Shown here piece after piece: positions 25,721-35,815 of a stretch of 64,000 bases of DNA. The DNA is from Squalus acanthias (lineage: Eukaryota): contig JASTWF010000330.1 of the NCBI GenBank assembly GCA_030390025.1, positions 310,001 to 374,000 of the forward strand, given 5' to 3'. A model generated the notes under the pieces. The model was given only the letters and a program-made list of their open reading frames with translations. It did no database searches and was not told the origin of the DNA. The first letter of the stretch is position 1. Every line of letters begins with the position of its first letter. The position numbers were made by a program, and so were the translations under genes.

Positions 25721-26877
25721 TGTAGGGGGTGGTGGTGGTAGGGGTCAGCCTCACCCCTGACTCAGTGAGCGGTTTGAATCGCTCCCACGCCCCAGGTTCA
25801 GACCTTGGACTTATTTAGGGGTTGTGAATAAAGATGCAGTAGACAACAGGTTCCGATGAAAGAATTTCGACTTTTATTAAAAGGAAAAGGTAACAAACTT
25901 AAAACACACTTAACACTTGAACAGGTTGGGGGGACACACGGTACAGGCGAGCGAGAAAGACAAGATACAAAAACCCTTATCCCTCCCAAAAATCCCACTA
26001 TCTAGCTAGGTTTCGGTTTCAGGAGATCAGGGGTAATGCTCACCAAACAGGGGTTTTAACAGTGCAAAATCCAGCCAGGTAAGTTGATTGCGATGGTGGT
26101 CTGGTCGTCGAGTGTCTTCCTGGAACGTGCTGCTTCTGGAACAGAGCTGAGAGAGAGAGCTGTGCGAGCGTTGTCAGAGAGTCCAGAGAGAGAGAGAGAG
26201 TCTTGGGGGGTTAGGCCCCCAATTATACTTGTTCAGCCCCTTTGTCCTTTTCGCACCCAAAACCCCTTACTAAAAATGGTTTCATGTTGAAGTGATTTAG
26301 GTTTCAGTTGAGGCCTGTTCATTCCATTGTCTTGGTTTTGCGGGCTTGTTAAGTTTTGATGGGTTTAACTTGGTGTTAAATTGTCCTGAACTCTCTTCTT
26401 ACTGAACTGTTGTAACTGCTTGATGGGCCTTCAATTATGCTAAATTGAAGTGGCCTTGTCAGAACCAAATCAAATCCTGGTCATTGTGAGACCTCGTCAA
26501 CAGTAACGACTTTACTGAGTGTCAAATGGCTTGCGTCCTGTCGATCTGTTGTTTAATCGGAGTTTGCATTGTCCTCATGTTTTGGGTTTCTTGCTGGGCC
26601 TAGCACTCCTATCTTTATGCATCTCTTTAATGGGTTCTGTGATAGGTTTTAATGGTTCCTGTGTTTTGGGTGGGGCGGCCTTCTCCCAGGGCCTATTGTC
26701 CAAATGTTACTGTTTGCTGGGGCTTGAATTTCAGACATGTCCTTTTAAAATGCCAAAGGTTGGTTTTGGTCTTAAATTCCTTATGTTAGGCCCAAATGCA
26801 TTTTTATCACTCTGGGGTAGTTCTAAAGTCCTTTTTCCTTAGATTTTTGGGGATCTGCAAATTTTGGAAACTTTACA
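25721..26877 (-). repeat. 3' LTR (1157 bp)
   Basis: Minus strand TGTAAAG...CCCCCTACA; TATA-like GTATAA near 26223-26228 followed by a CT-rich tract; AATAAA at 25873-25878. Confidence 0.93.
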
Positions 26878-26890
26878 GTCCCCCCTCCGA
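26878..26890 (-). promoter_or_regulatory. Polypurine tract
   Basis: Minus strand GGAGGGGGGAC directly abuts the TG of the 3' LTR. Confidence 0.85.
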
Positions 26891-27166
26891 TACTTTCAGT
26901 TCACTACAGTATCGTCCTGGGTCGACAAAATTCCTGATCCCCGAAAGCCAACCTTCCCCTGTAATACCTAAACTAAAACCCCAAACATACATTCCCCTTT
27001 AAATGTGGTGTTTTAGGTACATACAGGTAAGAAAATCTTTATTTCACAACCAAGCACGGAGAGGGTCCGACACCCCTGCACTGCTTGGGAAAACACATAT
27101 CTTTATTAAAAAGAACAAAACACAAAAAAACAACAATCTTTATTCAGGAACACAGAATAAAAAAAT

Positions 27167-28660
27167 TCAAACAGATGTATCTCTCTCCACCTCAGCATAA
27201 TGCTTCTTCCAAGTCCTTTCATTTCTGAACTGTAGTATTCTGTCCTTTCCCTTGCACTGAGTGCACAACACTATTCCCAGTTGGCAAACTACGAGGATGT
27301 GGGAAGCCATTCTGACCCATGAAGGGACCTCTATGTTTTTGAAGATGTCCCACCAGGGTGGGACTGTGATACCTTGAATCTCTCTCTCTATATCGTGTGT
27401 TTTCTGTTCTAAAGTGTAGAAATGTTTTTGAGAGAGCTCTACAGCTTTTAGTAACTTGGTAAGGCATTCTGGTAGAGGGAGAATTTCGTAACCAAAATGT
27501 GCTACATACTTTTGCAGGTTGGTGAAATGTTGTGTTACAGTGAGGTGAACACTGGAGGGTTCAGGAATGGGGACAATCCGTTCCTGGGCCACTTGAACTT
27601 CTGCCTCGGGTTTAAAGCAGAAACTGCTGTCACTTACCGGACACGAGGTATGCTGTCCATGCTGGTAGTGAGGCAAGCTGGTGGTGACACAATATGTCCC
27701 ACCTCCTATATATGCTACCTGTGGGGAAACATGGCCGTGTGCCATCACCTCCATGGTACAGTTTATAGGTCGTGCGTCAGCAGCTTTAAACCCGCACTGT
27801 GGTTTTGAATAGGCGTTCAAGTGCTTGGGACACAGTATTATGTGTGAACCCCGGCTCCGGCACCCGGAGAGGTCAGTACCTGTCATGGCGTGCTCCCACT
27901 TTATGACATAAGGTGGGACCGCTGTGAAATGGATGTGTGCACCCGCTTGAATGACTCCAATCTTCTCCACCCTGTATACCGGTGCGAGTTGGGCTGTCCC
28001 ACCCATGACCGGCATCCTCACCACTATCCCCATGGTAGTGTGATTGGAACACCCACAATCTACTGGTACAGGGTAGGCTTCAGAGGCTAGACGGAGCTGA
28101 CACGGGCTTAGTGAATTCTCAAATGGGTGGAGGGCTGCGAGGTGCTTGTTGCTGATCCAGGAGGGGACTAAACCTTGCTTTAAATCCTCCAGGTTACTCC
28201 GGCCCTCACCTAGCACCCATGCCCCGTACAGTACGCACACCTTGTTCTGTGCAGCCTGGTCTGATGCATTCCTGTCCTCCCGTATGAGTGCATTTACTGT
28301 CTTTGCGTGAATTTCCAGCTCAGCAATGATTTCTTTTAAATGGACCGTCATAGCTTGGTCCTCGTGTAACTCTGAGCCCACTACTGTATTTACATCCATT
28401 AAGATTTTGCGTAATTATGTTTTTAAACCGTTTATTTTTGTCTTCAATTCTATGTTATCCAGTCTGTTAATGACAGAGGATCCTTAATTTAATGCTGTGA
28501 AAACATAATTCCAGATTCCCCTCCTTTGTCTCCCCGTATTGCTAAAATACTCAGTGTGTGCAGCGTACAGTTCTGCTTTGTCTACATTTGCGAAATCGAA
28601 CTCGTAGAACTTCCTGAACATTTCTCTCAACAGGGCCTGGTATAGCTGTTCCGTCTCTGC
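27167..28660 (-). pseudogene. env: env-like class I fusion glycoprotein with premature stops (28484-28486, 28415-28417)
   Basis: One frame reads ...YFSNTGRQRR/GIWNYVFTALN*GSSVINRLDNIELKTKINGLKT*LRKIL into the 410-aa ORF, which has a Cys-rich region, C-terminal heptad, Trp-rich segment and hydrophobic ILVVCQLGIVLC. Confidence 0.85.
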
Positions 28661-28661
28661 T

Positions 28662-29172
28662 CAGCTTCCTGAGCCACCACCACCTTCCCAGGGGAATCTG
28701 TCCTCTGCAGGTCAGGCACACGCGTTTCCCCTCAGTGACCCCAACCCGAGTGGCTACAACCTGTATGCTGGGACAGGGGAGGGAGGTCTCCCCGTAGGTG
28801 AGCCCGGTCTGACTGGAGTATCGGGTGGAGTTAGATCCCAGCCACCCTGGCCATCTTCCCATGTGGGAATAGGTAGCGAGCTCCTTCACGCCTCGCTTGC
28901 TGCCCCCCGCAGTCACCACCGGTGCTCTCTCTCCTGAGCACCCAAAAATGTGGGAGTCCTCCACGTCACCTCGCCTCCCAGCGCTCATTCCTATCAGAGC
29001 GAGTAGGAGTATGCCCCCCCTTCATATCGCCAATCCCTTCTGTAAGGAGACACAAGAGCATATAGCCAGGTCCCGAGTAGATTCTCTGGCTTTGGTGAAG
29101 CATATTCGGGTCTTGCGACCTTGACTCAATACAAACACTCTTGAAACTATAATATATAAAACTACCAACCAC
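28662..29172 (-). pseudogene. Disrupted coding region upstream of env (env N-terminus or accessory gene), including an Ig-strand-like peptide
   Basis: ORFs 28966-29172 and 28551-28988; VGVTEGKRVCLTC...RWWWLRK. Confidence 0.35.
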
Positions 29173-29269
29173 CTTACTTAAAATTTAACTAAAAACACCC
29201 AAACTTAACAATCTCAAGATTTAACAACAAAAGCTATGTACGTTCGCCGCCCGTCTCCAAGCGGCCAGA

Positions 29270-30138
29270 CTAAACCCTGTTCGGGCTGCAGCACACTACT
29301 CCCTTTGGTGTGGCCGCCCTGTCCTGTACCTTTGGTCCCTTGCAGCCTATGGCTGCTGGCCGGGAACCTCTGTCCTCAGATCGATCCCTGACTTGAGGGG
29401 CGACCCTTTTAAATTGGGGAGCCGGTGACCACGGTTTCTTTGGCTGTGTCGTTCGTGGGGACCTTCTCGGGGCTCTGGCTGGTGGGTCTTTAACACGAGC
29501 CACTGCCCCCTGTTGTGTGGTCTGTGAATCTTCCACTGCCACTGGCTGGGGATTTCTATCCTCAGGCTGTACCTCTTCTAAACCTGTGTCAGGGTCAGGT
29601 GACTCTTCGCAGCCTGGTGCTGCAGGCTGAGGGTCCTCGCCCTCAGGTCCCACCTCCTCTAAATCCCAGAGGATTGGAGGAATGTCCCAAACGGTGGGTT
29701 GGGTGGGGTGGCCCCTCCCCTAAGACAGGCCACCGCCCCTGCTTGTGCAGTCTGTGAATTTGCTCCTGCTGCAGGCTGAGGATTTCTATCCTGTTTTAGT
29801 TTGGGCAACTCTGCTACCATGGCTTGCAACTGCGGGGTGGTGAATTCCCCCGGGGTTGTTAAGCAAACCATCCCTCTGGCTTTGAATAGGGCTTGGGCCA
29901 GACCTTTTATCCTTTCCTCACAGGGCCCATGGTTTAAATCCTCATACCCCCTGCTCCTGACTACCCTGTAGGCTGCCTTTATGTCTCTAAGCTGCCCCTC
30001 TAGCCCGTCTACTTTACCCGTTAAGCGGGCGTTCTCCTCCCGTAAGGCCTGCTCATTTAACCTGGCCTCCTTACGGGAGGTCTCTTCCTGTGCGTGTCTT
30101 TCAAGAGGGCACAGGTAGACAGGCTGCGCTGGTTCTAG
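29270..30138 (-). pseudogene. ORF X: Gag-coiled-coil paralogue followed by Pro/Gln-rich repeats and an RRSPR motif (frameshift near 29655)
   Basis: Open frame 30138-29662 continues in frame after the gag stop; ENARL..KAAYRV..EERIKGLAQALFKARGMVCL aligns with Gag KNARL..QAAYKV..EEQIESLSLALRKARGVACL. Confidence 0.7.
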
Positions 30139-31937
30139 TCATAGGTCTGGGTTGTATGGGGCTGATGGGGTCAGAGCACCGGTGGTTGCTGCTACCTTCC
30201 CTGGGCCTGTCAATAGGGACCTCATGGCGTCCAAAAATGACTCGACCGTGGCGGGAGGGATCCCTGTCTCTGACTTTTGGGCTGGGGCTGAGGAATTCTT
30301 TCCCTTGTTATCCTTCCAAGGATTCTTACACTCCTTCCTCCAGTGACCATCCTTCCCACACCCATAACAGTTAAGCTTTGTGCTGGAAGGGTTATTCCCC
30401 TCCTGATGCCACTCCTTCCTACTCTGGCCGGGTTTTATTTCATGCACTTTCCCCTTTTGTGGGGGCTCTTCAGCCCCTCTACCGTTCCGGTAGGCCAGGT
30501 TCAGCTGTCTGACCACTGCCTCCTCGGTGACCCGGGGGTCTTTCGGTTCAAACCAAAGGTCAGCCTTGGCTTTGATCCATGGCAAGATGTTTGCCACTAG
30601 GCTACGGAGCCAGTGGGCCAGCTCGTCCCTGTTCAGGTTAGCCCTGTCGACAGCCCCATTACAAGCACCCCTGTACACCGGCCACAGCCAGTCTGCGAAA
30701 GCTTGTGGGGTCTCCCCTGCGAGCTGCACTGTTTTCTCCACCCGGGAGAAAGGACTTCCCTCATTCATCCCCATGGCCTCTAAAACTTCCTCTCTGATGG
30801 CAGCATACCCGGTCAGTCCTCTCTTGCTCTCAGCAGAGAGGGACTGGTATAGCCGGCTATTCCGTGAGAACAGGAGCATTTTTGCCATCTTGGCATCATC
30901 ACAGTCGTTGATGCCTGCTGCCTGTTCCACTTCCATGAAGTGGACTGAGGGGTCCCCTTGTTGGGTGAGTTTACTCAGGTGGCTTACCATAAACCTAAGC
31001 TGTTGTGTACCGTGGGGAGCCACGAACTGGCTTTGGAGGGGTCCCCCATCCCCGTTATCAGCGGGTGGGCCAAACTTTTGCTGCCGGGCCGGCACATCGG
31101 CCCCGGTCCCAGCCTCTCTTGTGGGGGTTTTTCCACCTCAGCTTCTGCCCCTAACTCCACCCCTTCTTCTTGCCAGACTTCGCTAAAGCTTGACGCTATG
31201 GGTGGTGTTCGTGGGCCCACCTGCTCCTCAACAGGTTCGTCCCTTGGCACTATCTGTGGTGTCTGAACCGTTCTCCCCAGGTTCCCTGTAAAGTCGACCT
31301 GGGCTGCACTTGGGCTTATGAGGCACGCCACGCCTCTTGCCTTCCTTAGAGCAAGGCTGAGACTCTCTATCTGCTCCTCAAACTCCTGTGCGCTCATTAC
31401 CTTATAGGCTGCCTGTAAGCCTTTCACTGTCTCCTCCTGCTCTTTTACTTGTTTTGCCAGGCGGGCATTCTTTTCCCACAACCTCAGCTCATTGTTCTTG
31501 CCCTCAGTGACCTGGCACTGTAAATTTTCCTGCTGGGTTTTATGTTCCCACACTAACTGCACCCTTTCCTGGTTTAGCGCCTGCAATGCTAACAGTAACT
31601 TCTCCCCTGCTAGGGCCTTCGTTTGGACTTCCAGGGCTGACTCCCGAATCTCGGCTGCCTGTGCTTCAACGAGTCTGTCCAAAAGTTGGATCTGTTTCTT
31701 GAAGCACATCAGCCAGACTGCCTTTTCTAAGGATTTTTTATGATCCTTCCCTTCTGTCCATTTAGCTGCAGCATCTACCGGGCGCCCAGTCTTTAACAGA
31801 TTAGTGACCCACTTCTTTTCCATATTCACCTTGCTGAATACATAATCTGAAATCCTCTCTTCCATTACAGTTCTCTTTTCCAAATCAGTGTCTACTGCTT
31901 CACAACCCTTTTGCCAAGTCAGTGCCATGGTCGCCAT
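30139..31937 (-). pseudogene. gag: gag (coiled-coil N-terminus, capsid-like middle, CCHC zinc knuckle), one frameshift near 31093
   Basis: ORFs 30984-31937 and 30139-31095 join as ...GPMC/PARQQKFGP; CYGCGKDGHWRKEC (CX2CX4HX4C) at 30328-30369. Confidence 0.9.
31923..31936 (-). promoter_or_regulatory. Primer binding site (TGGCGACCATGGCA), probably tRNA-Arg
   Basis: TGG begins after a 3-nt spacer following the 5' LTR CA; resembles the complement of vertebrate tRNA-Arg 3' ends (...GGTCGCCA), tRNA identity from memory. Confidence 0.75.
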
Positions 31938-31939
31938 TA

Positions 31940-33028
31940 TGTAGGGGGTGGTGGTGGTAGGGGTCAGCCTTACCCCTGACTCAGTGGGCGGTTCGAATCG
32001 CTCCCACGCCCCAGGTTCAGACCTTGGACTTATTTAGGGGTTGTGAATAAAGATGCAGTAGACAACAGGTTCCGATGAAAGAATTTTGACTTTTATTAAA
32101 AGAAAAAGGTAACAAACTTAAAACACACTCAACACTTAAACAGGTTGGGGAGAATGACAATATACAAAAACCCTTATCCCTCCCAAAAATCCCACTATCT
32201 AGCTAGGTTTTGGTTTCAGGAGATCAGGGATAATGCTCACCAAACAGGGGTTTTAACAGTGCGAAATCCAACCAGGTAAGTTGATGGTGGTCTGGTCGTC
32301 GAGTGTCTTCCTGGAACGTGCTGCTTCTGGAACTAGGCCGAGAGGGAGCTGTGCGAGCGTTGTCAGAGAGTCCAGAGAGAGAGAGAGAGAGAGTCTTGGG
32401 GGATAGGCCCCCAATTATACTTGTTCAGCTCCTTTGTACTTTTCGCTCCCAGAAACCCTTACTAAAAATGGTTTCGTGCTGAAGTGATTTGGTTTCAGTT
32501 GAGGCCTGTTCATTCCATTGTTTTGGTTCGTTGCAGGCTTGTTAAGTTTTGATGGGTTTAACTTGGTGTTAACATGTTACTGAACTGTTGTGACTGCTTG
32601 ATGGGCCTTCAATTATGCTAAATTGAAGTGGCCTTGTGAGAACCAAATCAAATCCTGGTCATTGTAAGACCTCGTTAACAGTAACGGCTTTACTGAGTGT
32701 CAAATGGCTTGCGTCCTGTCGATCTGTTGTTTAATCGGAGTTTGCATTGTCCTATTGTTTTGGGTTTCTTGCTGGGCCTAGCACTCCTATCTTTATGCGT
32801 CTCTTTAATGGGTTCTGTGTTTTGGGTGGAGCGGCCTTCTCCCAGGGCCTATTGTCCAAATGTTAATGTTTGCTGGGGCTTGAATTCCAGCCTTTTAAAA
32901 TGCCATAAGGTTGGTTTTGGTCTTAAATTCCTTATATTAGGGCCAAATGCATTTTTATCACTCTGGGGTAGTTCCAAAGTCCTTTTTCCTTAGATTTTTG
33001 GGGATCGGCAAATTTTGAAAACTTTACA
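31940..33028 (-). repeat. 5' LTR (1089 bp)
   Basis: Colinear with 25721-26877, differing by substitutions and several indels. Confidence 0.93.
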
Positions 33029-34222
33029 CAGTGAGGGAGAGAGGTAGAGCTCCCCTCTATCTGTAGTGGTCCCAGTGAGGGAGAGAGGTAGAGCTCCCCT
33101 CTGTCTGTAGTGGTCCCAGTGAGGGAGAGAGGTGGAGCTCCCCTCTGTCTGTAGGGGTCCCAGTGAGGGAGAGAGGTAGAGCTCACCTCTATCTGTAGGG
33201 GTCCCAGTGAGGGAGAGAGGTAGAGCTCACCTCTGTCTGTAGGGTCCCAGTGAGGGAGAGAGGTAGAGCTCACCTCTGTCTGTACGGGTCCCAGTGAGGG
33301 AGAGAGGTAGAGCTCCCGTCTATCTGTAGGGGTCCCAGTGAGGGAGAGAGGTGGAGCTCCCCTCTGTCTGTAGGGGTCCCAGTGAGGGAGAGAGGTAGAG
33401 CTCACCTCTATCTGTAGGGGTCCCAGTGAGGGAGAGAGGTGGAGCTCACCTCTGTCTGTAGGGGTCCCAGTGAGGGAGAGAGGTAGAGCTCACCTCTGTC
33501 TGTAGGGGTCCCAGTGAGGGAGAGAGGTAGAGCTCATCTCTGTCTGTAGGGGTCCCAGTGAGGGAGAGAGGTGGAGCTCACCTCTGTCTGTAGGGGTCCC
33601 AGTGAGGGAGAGAGTAGAGCTCACCTCTATCTGTAGGGGTCCCAGTGAGGGAGAGAGGTGGAGCTCACCTCTATCTGTTGTGATCCCAGTGAGGGAGAGA
33701 GGTGGAGCTCCCCTCTGTCTGTAGGGGTCCCAGTGAGGGAGAGAGGTAGAGCTCACCTCTGTCTGTAGGGGTCCCAGTGAGGGAGAGAGGTAGAGCTCAC
33801 CTCTATCTGTAGGGGTCCCAGTGAGGGAGAGAGGGAGAGCTCACCTCTATCTGTAGTGGTCCCAGTGAGGGAGAGAGGTAGAGCTCATCTCTGTCTGTAG
33901 GGGTCCCAGTGAGGGAAAGAGGGAGAGCTCACCTCTGTCTGTAGGGGTCCCAGTGAGGGAGAGAGGTAGAGCTCACCTCTGTCTGTAGGGGTCCCAGTGA
34001 GGGAGAGAGGTAGAGCTCACCTCTATCTGTAGGGGTCCCAGTGAGGGAGAGAGGGAGAGCTCACCTCTATCTGTAGTGGTCCCAGTGAGGGAGAGAGGTA
34101 GAGCTCATCTCTGTCTGTAGGGGTCCCAGTGAGGGAAAGAGGGAGAGCTCACCTCTGTCTGTAGGGGTCCCAGTGAGGGAGAGAGGTGGAGCTCACCTCT
34201 GTCTGTAGGGGTCCCAGTGAGG
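33029..34222. repeat. 44-bp minisatellite (CAGTGAGGGAGAGAGGTAGAGCTCACCTCTGTCTGTAGGGGTCC)n, about 27 units
   Basis: Tandem periodicity; internal AGAGGT...ACCTCT dyad around GAGCTC. Confidence 0.97.
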
Positions 34223-34679
34223 TGAAACTCACCCACTATAGATAGATGTACTCAATGATTGCCTGTCGCACTCCCTATTTCAATTTCCCTCGGATCCCCT
34301 AGCCCCTTCAAGCTCTCTGACACTAATTCTGCATTTTCCTTTCTAGAATATCATCCCGTGAGATGAGGACTCTGTTGCTGATTCTGGGTTACCTGAGTAA
34401 GTAATTTTCATTATAGACAAACTGCACCCTTTGTACAACAAGAGCAAGTTGTGTTTATATACCGTCTTTAGGTAGAATAACCTCCCATGGTGCTTCAGAG
34501 ATCTGATCAAGGATCGGATGACGTGGCAGAGTAGGAGATGTCTGGAGGGGTGACCAGAAGTTTTAAGGAGGGTCTTAAAGGAGGAGAGAGAGGTGGAGAG
34601 GAGGAGAGGTTTAGGGAGGGAATTACAGAGCTTGAGATCTTGGTGGTTAAAAGCACTGCTGCCAATGGTGGGGAAAGGG

Positions 34680-35300
34680 TCATAGAGTCAAACAATTATA
34701 CAGCACAGAAAGAGGCCCTTCGGCCCATCGTGTCCGCGCCGCCCATCAAGCCCTGTCTATTCTAATCCCATTTTCCAGCACTTGGTCCGTAGCCTTGTAT
34801 GCAATGACGTTTCAAGTGCTCATCTAAATGCTTCTTGAATGTTGTGAGGGTTCCTGCCTCTACCACCCTTTCAGGCAGTGAGTTCCAGATTCCAACCACC
34901 CTCTGGGTGAAAAAGTTTTTCCTCAAATCCCCTCTAAACATCCTGCCCCTTACCTTGAAACTATGCCCCTGGTTATTGACCCCTCTACTAAGGGGAAAAG
35001 TTCCTTTCTATCTACCCTATCTATGCCCCTCATAATTTTGTACACCTCAATCAGGTCCCCCCTCAGCCTTCTCTGCTCTAAGGAAAACAACCCCAGCCTG
35101 TCCAGTCTCTCTTCATAGCTGAAGCGCTCCAGCCCAGATAACATCCTGGTGAATCTCCTCTGCACCCTCTCCAGTGCAATCACATCCTTCCTATAGTGTG
35201 GCGACCAGAACTGCACCCAGTATTCCAGCTGTGGCCTAAGTAGCGTTTTGTACAGCTCCGTCGTAACCTCCCTGCTCTTATATTCGATGCCTCGGCTAAT
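34680..35300 (-). mobile_element. CR1 3' fragment
   Basis: ORF 34950-35216; very similar to 163-760. Confidence 0.92.
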
Positions 35301-35588
35301 GAGTGGAGGGCAGATGTTCCAGAGGCTTGAGTCAGAGAAACAGAGAGAGTTGGAGGAGATTACAGAGATAGGGAGGGGCGAGGAAATGAAAGAATTTGAA
35401 CACGAGGATGAAAATTGTACATCAGAGGCCTTCGCGGACTGCGAACTAATGTGGGTCAGCGAGCACTGTGGTGATGTGTGAACGGAACTTGGTGCAAGTT
35501 AAGATACAGGAAGCACTAGTGTTGGATGAGCTCAAGTTTATGCAGAGCGGAAGATGGGAGGCCGGCCAGGAGAGCATTGGAATAGTTG

Positions 35589-35815
35589 AAATAAAAACAG
35601 AAAATGCTGGAAATACTCAGCAAGTCAGACAGCATCTGTGGAGAGAGAAACAGAGTTAACGTTTCAGGTCGATGACCTTTCATCAAAACGTTATCGACTT
35701 CAAACATTATCTTTGTTTTTCTCTCTCCAAAGATGCTGCCTGACCTGCTGAGTATTTCCAGCATTTTCTGTTTTTATTTCAGATTTCCAGCATCCGCAGC
35801 ATTTTGCTTTTGTAT
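35589..35815. mobile_element. Short inverted Penelope terminal-repeat pair
   Basis: AAATAAAAACAGAAAATGCTGGAAATACTCAGCA... and its reverse complement ending near 35779; degenerate hammerhead TGATGAAAGGTC-ATC-GACCTGAAAC on the minus strand. Confidence 0.8.

Larger units (their letters stand above)
25721..33028 (-). mobile_element. Env-bearing, pol-less LTR retroelement / endogenous retrovirus-like provirus (LTR-PBS-gag-X-env-PPT-LTR)
   Basis: Direct repeats 25721-26877 and 31940-33028 with TG...CA ends; PBS, PPT, CCHC gag and fusion glycoprotein between them; no RT/RNase H/integrase core motifs seen. Confidence 0.93.

Noticed and set aside
26519..26842. Hydrophobic ORF in the LTR (also 32697-32993)
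   Set aside because: Antisense to the element, non-ATG start, and frame disrupted by indels between the two LTRs.
30527..31186. 219-aa antisense ORF in the provirus
   Set aside because: Exactly opposite gag with no recognisable features; likely an antisense shadow frame.
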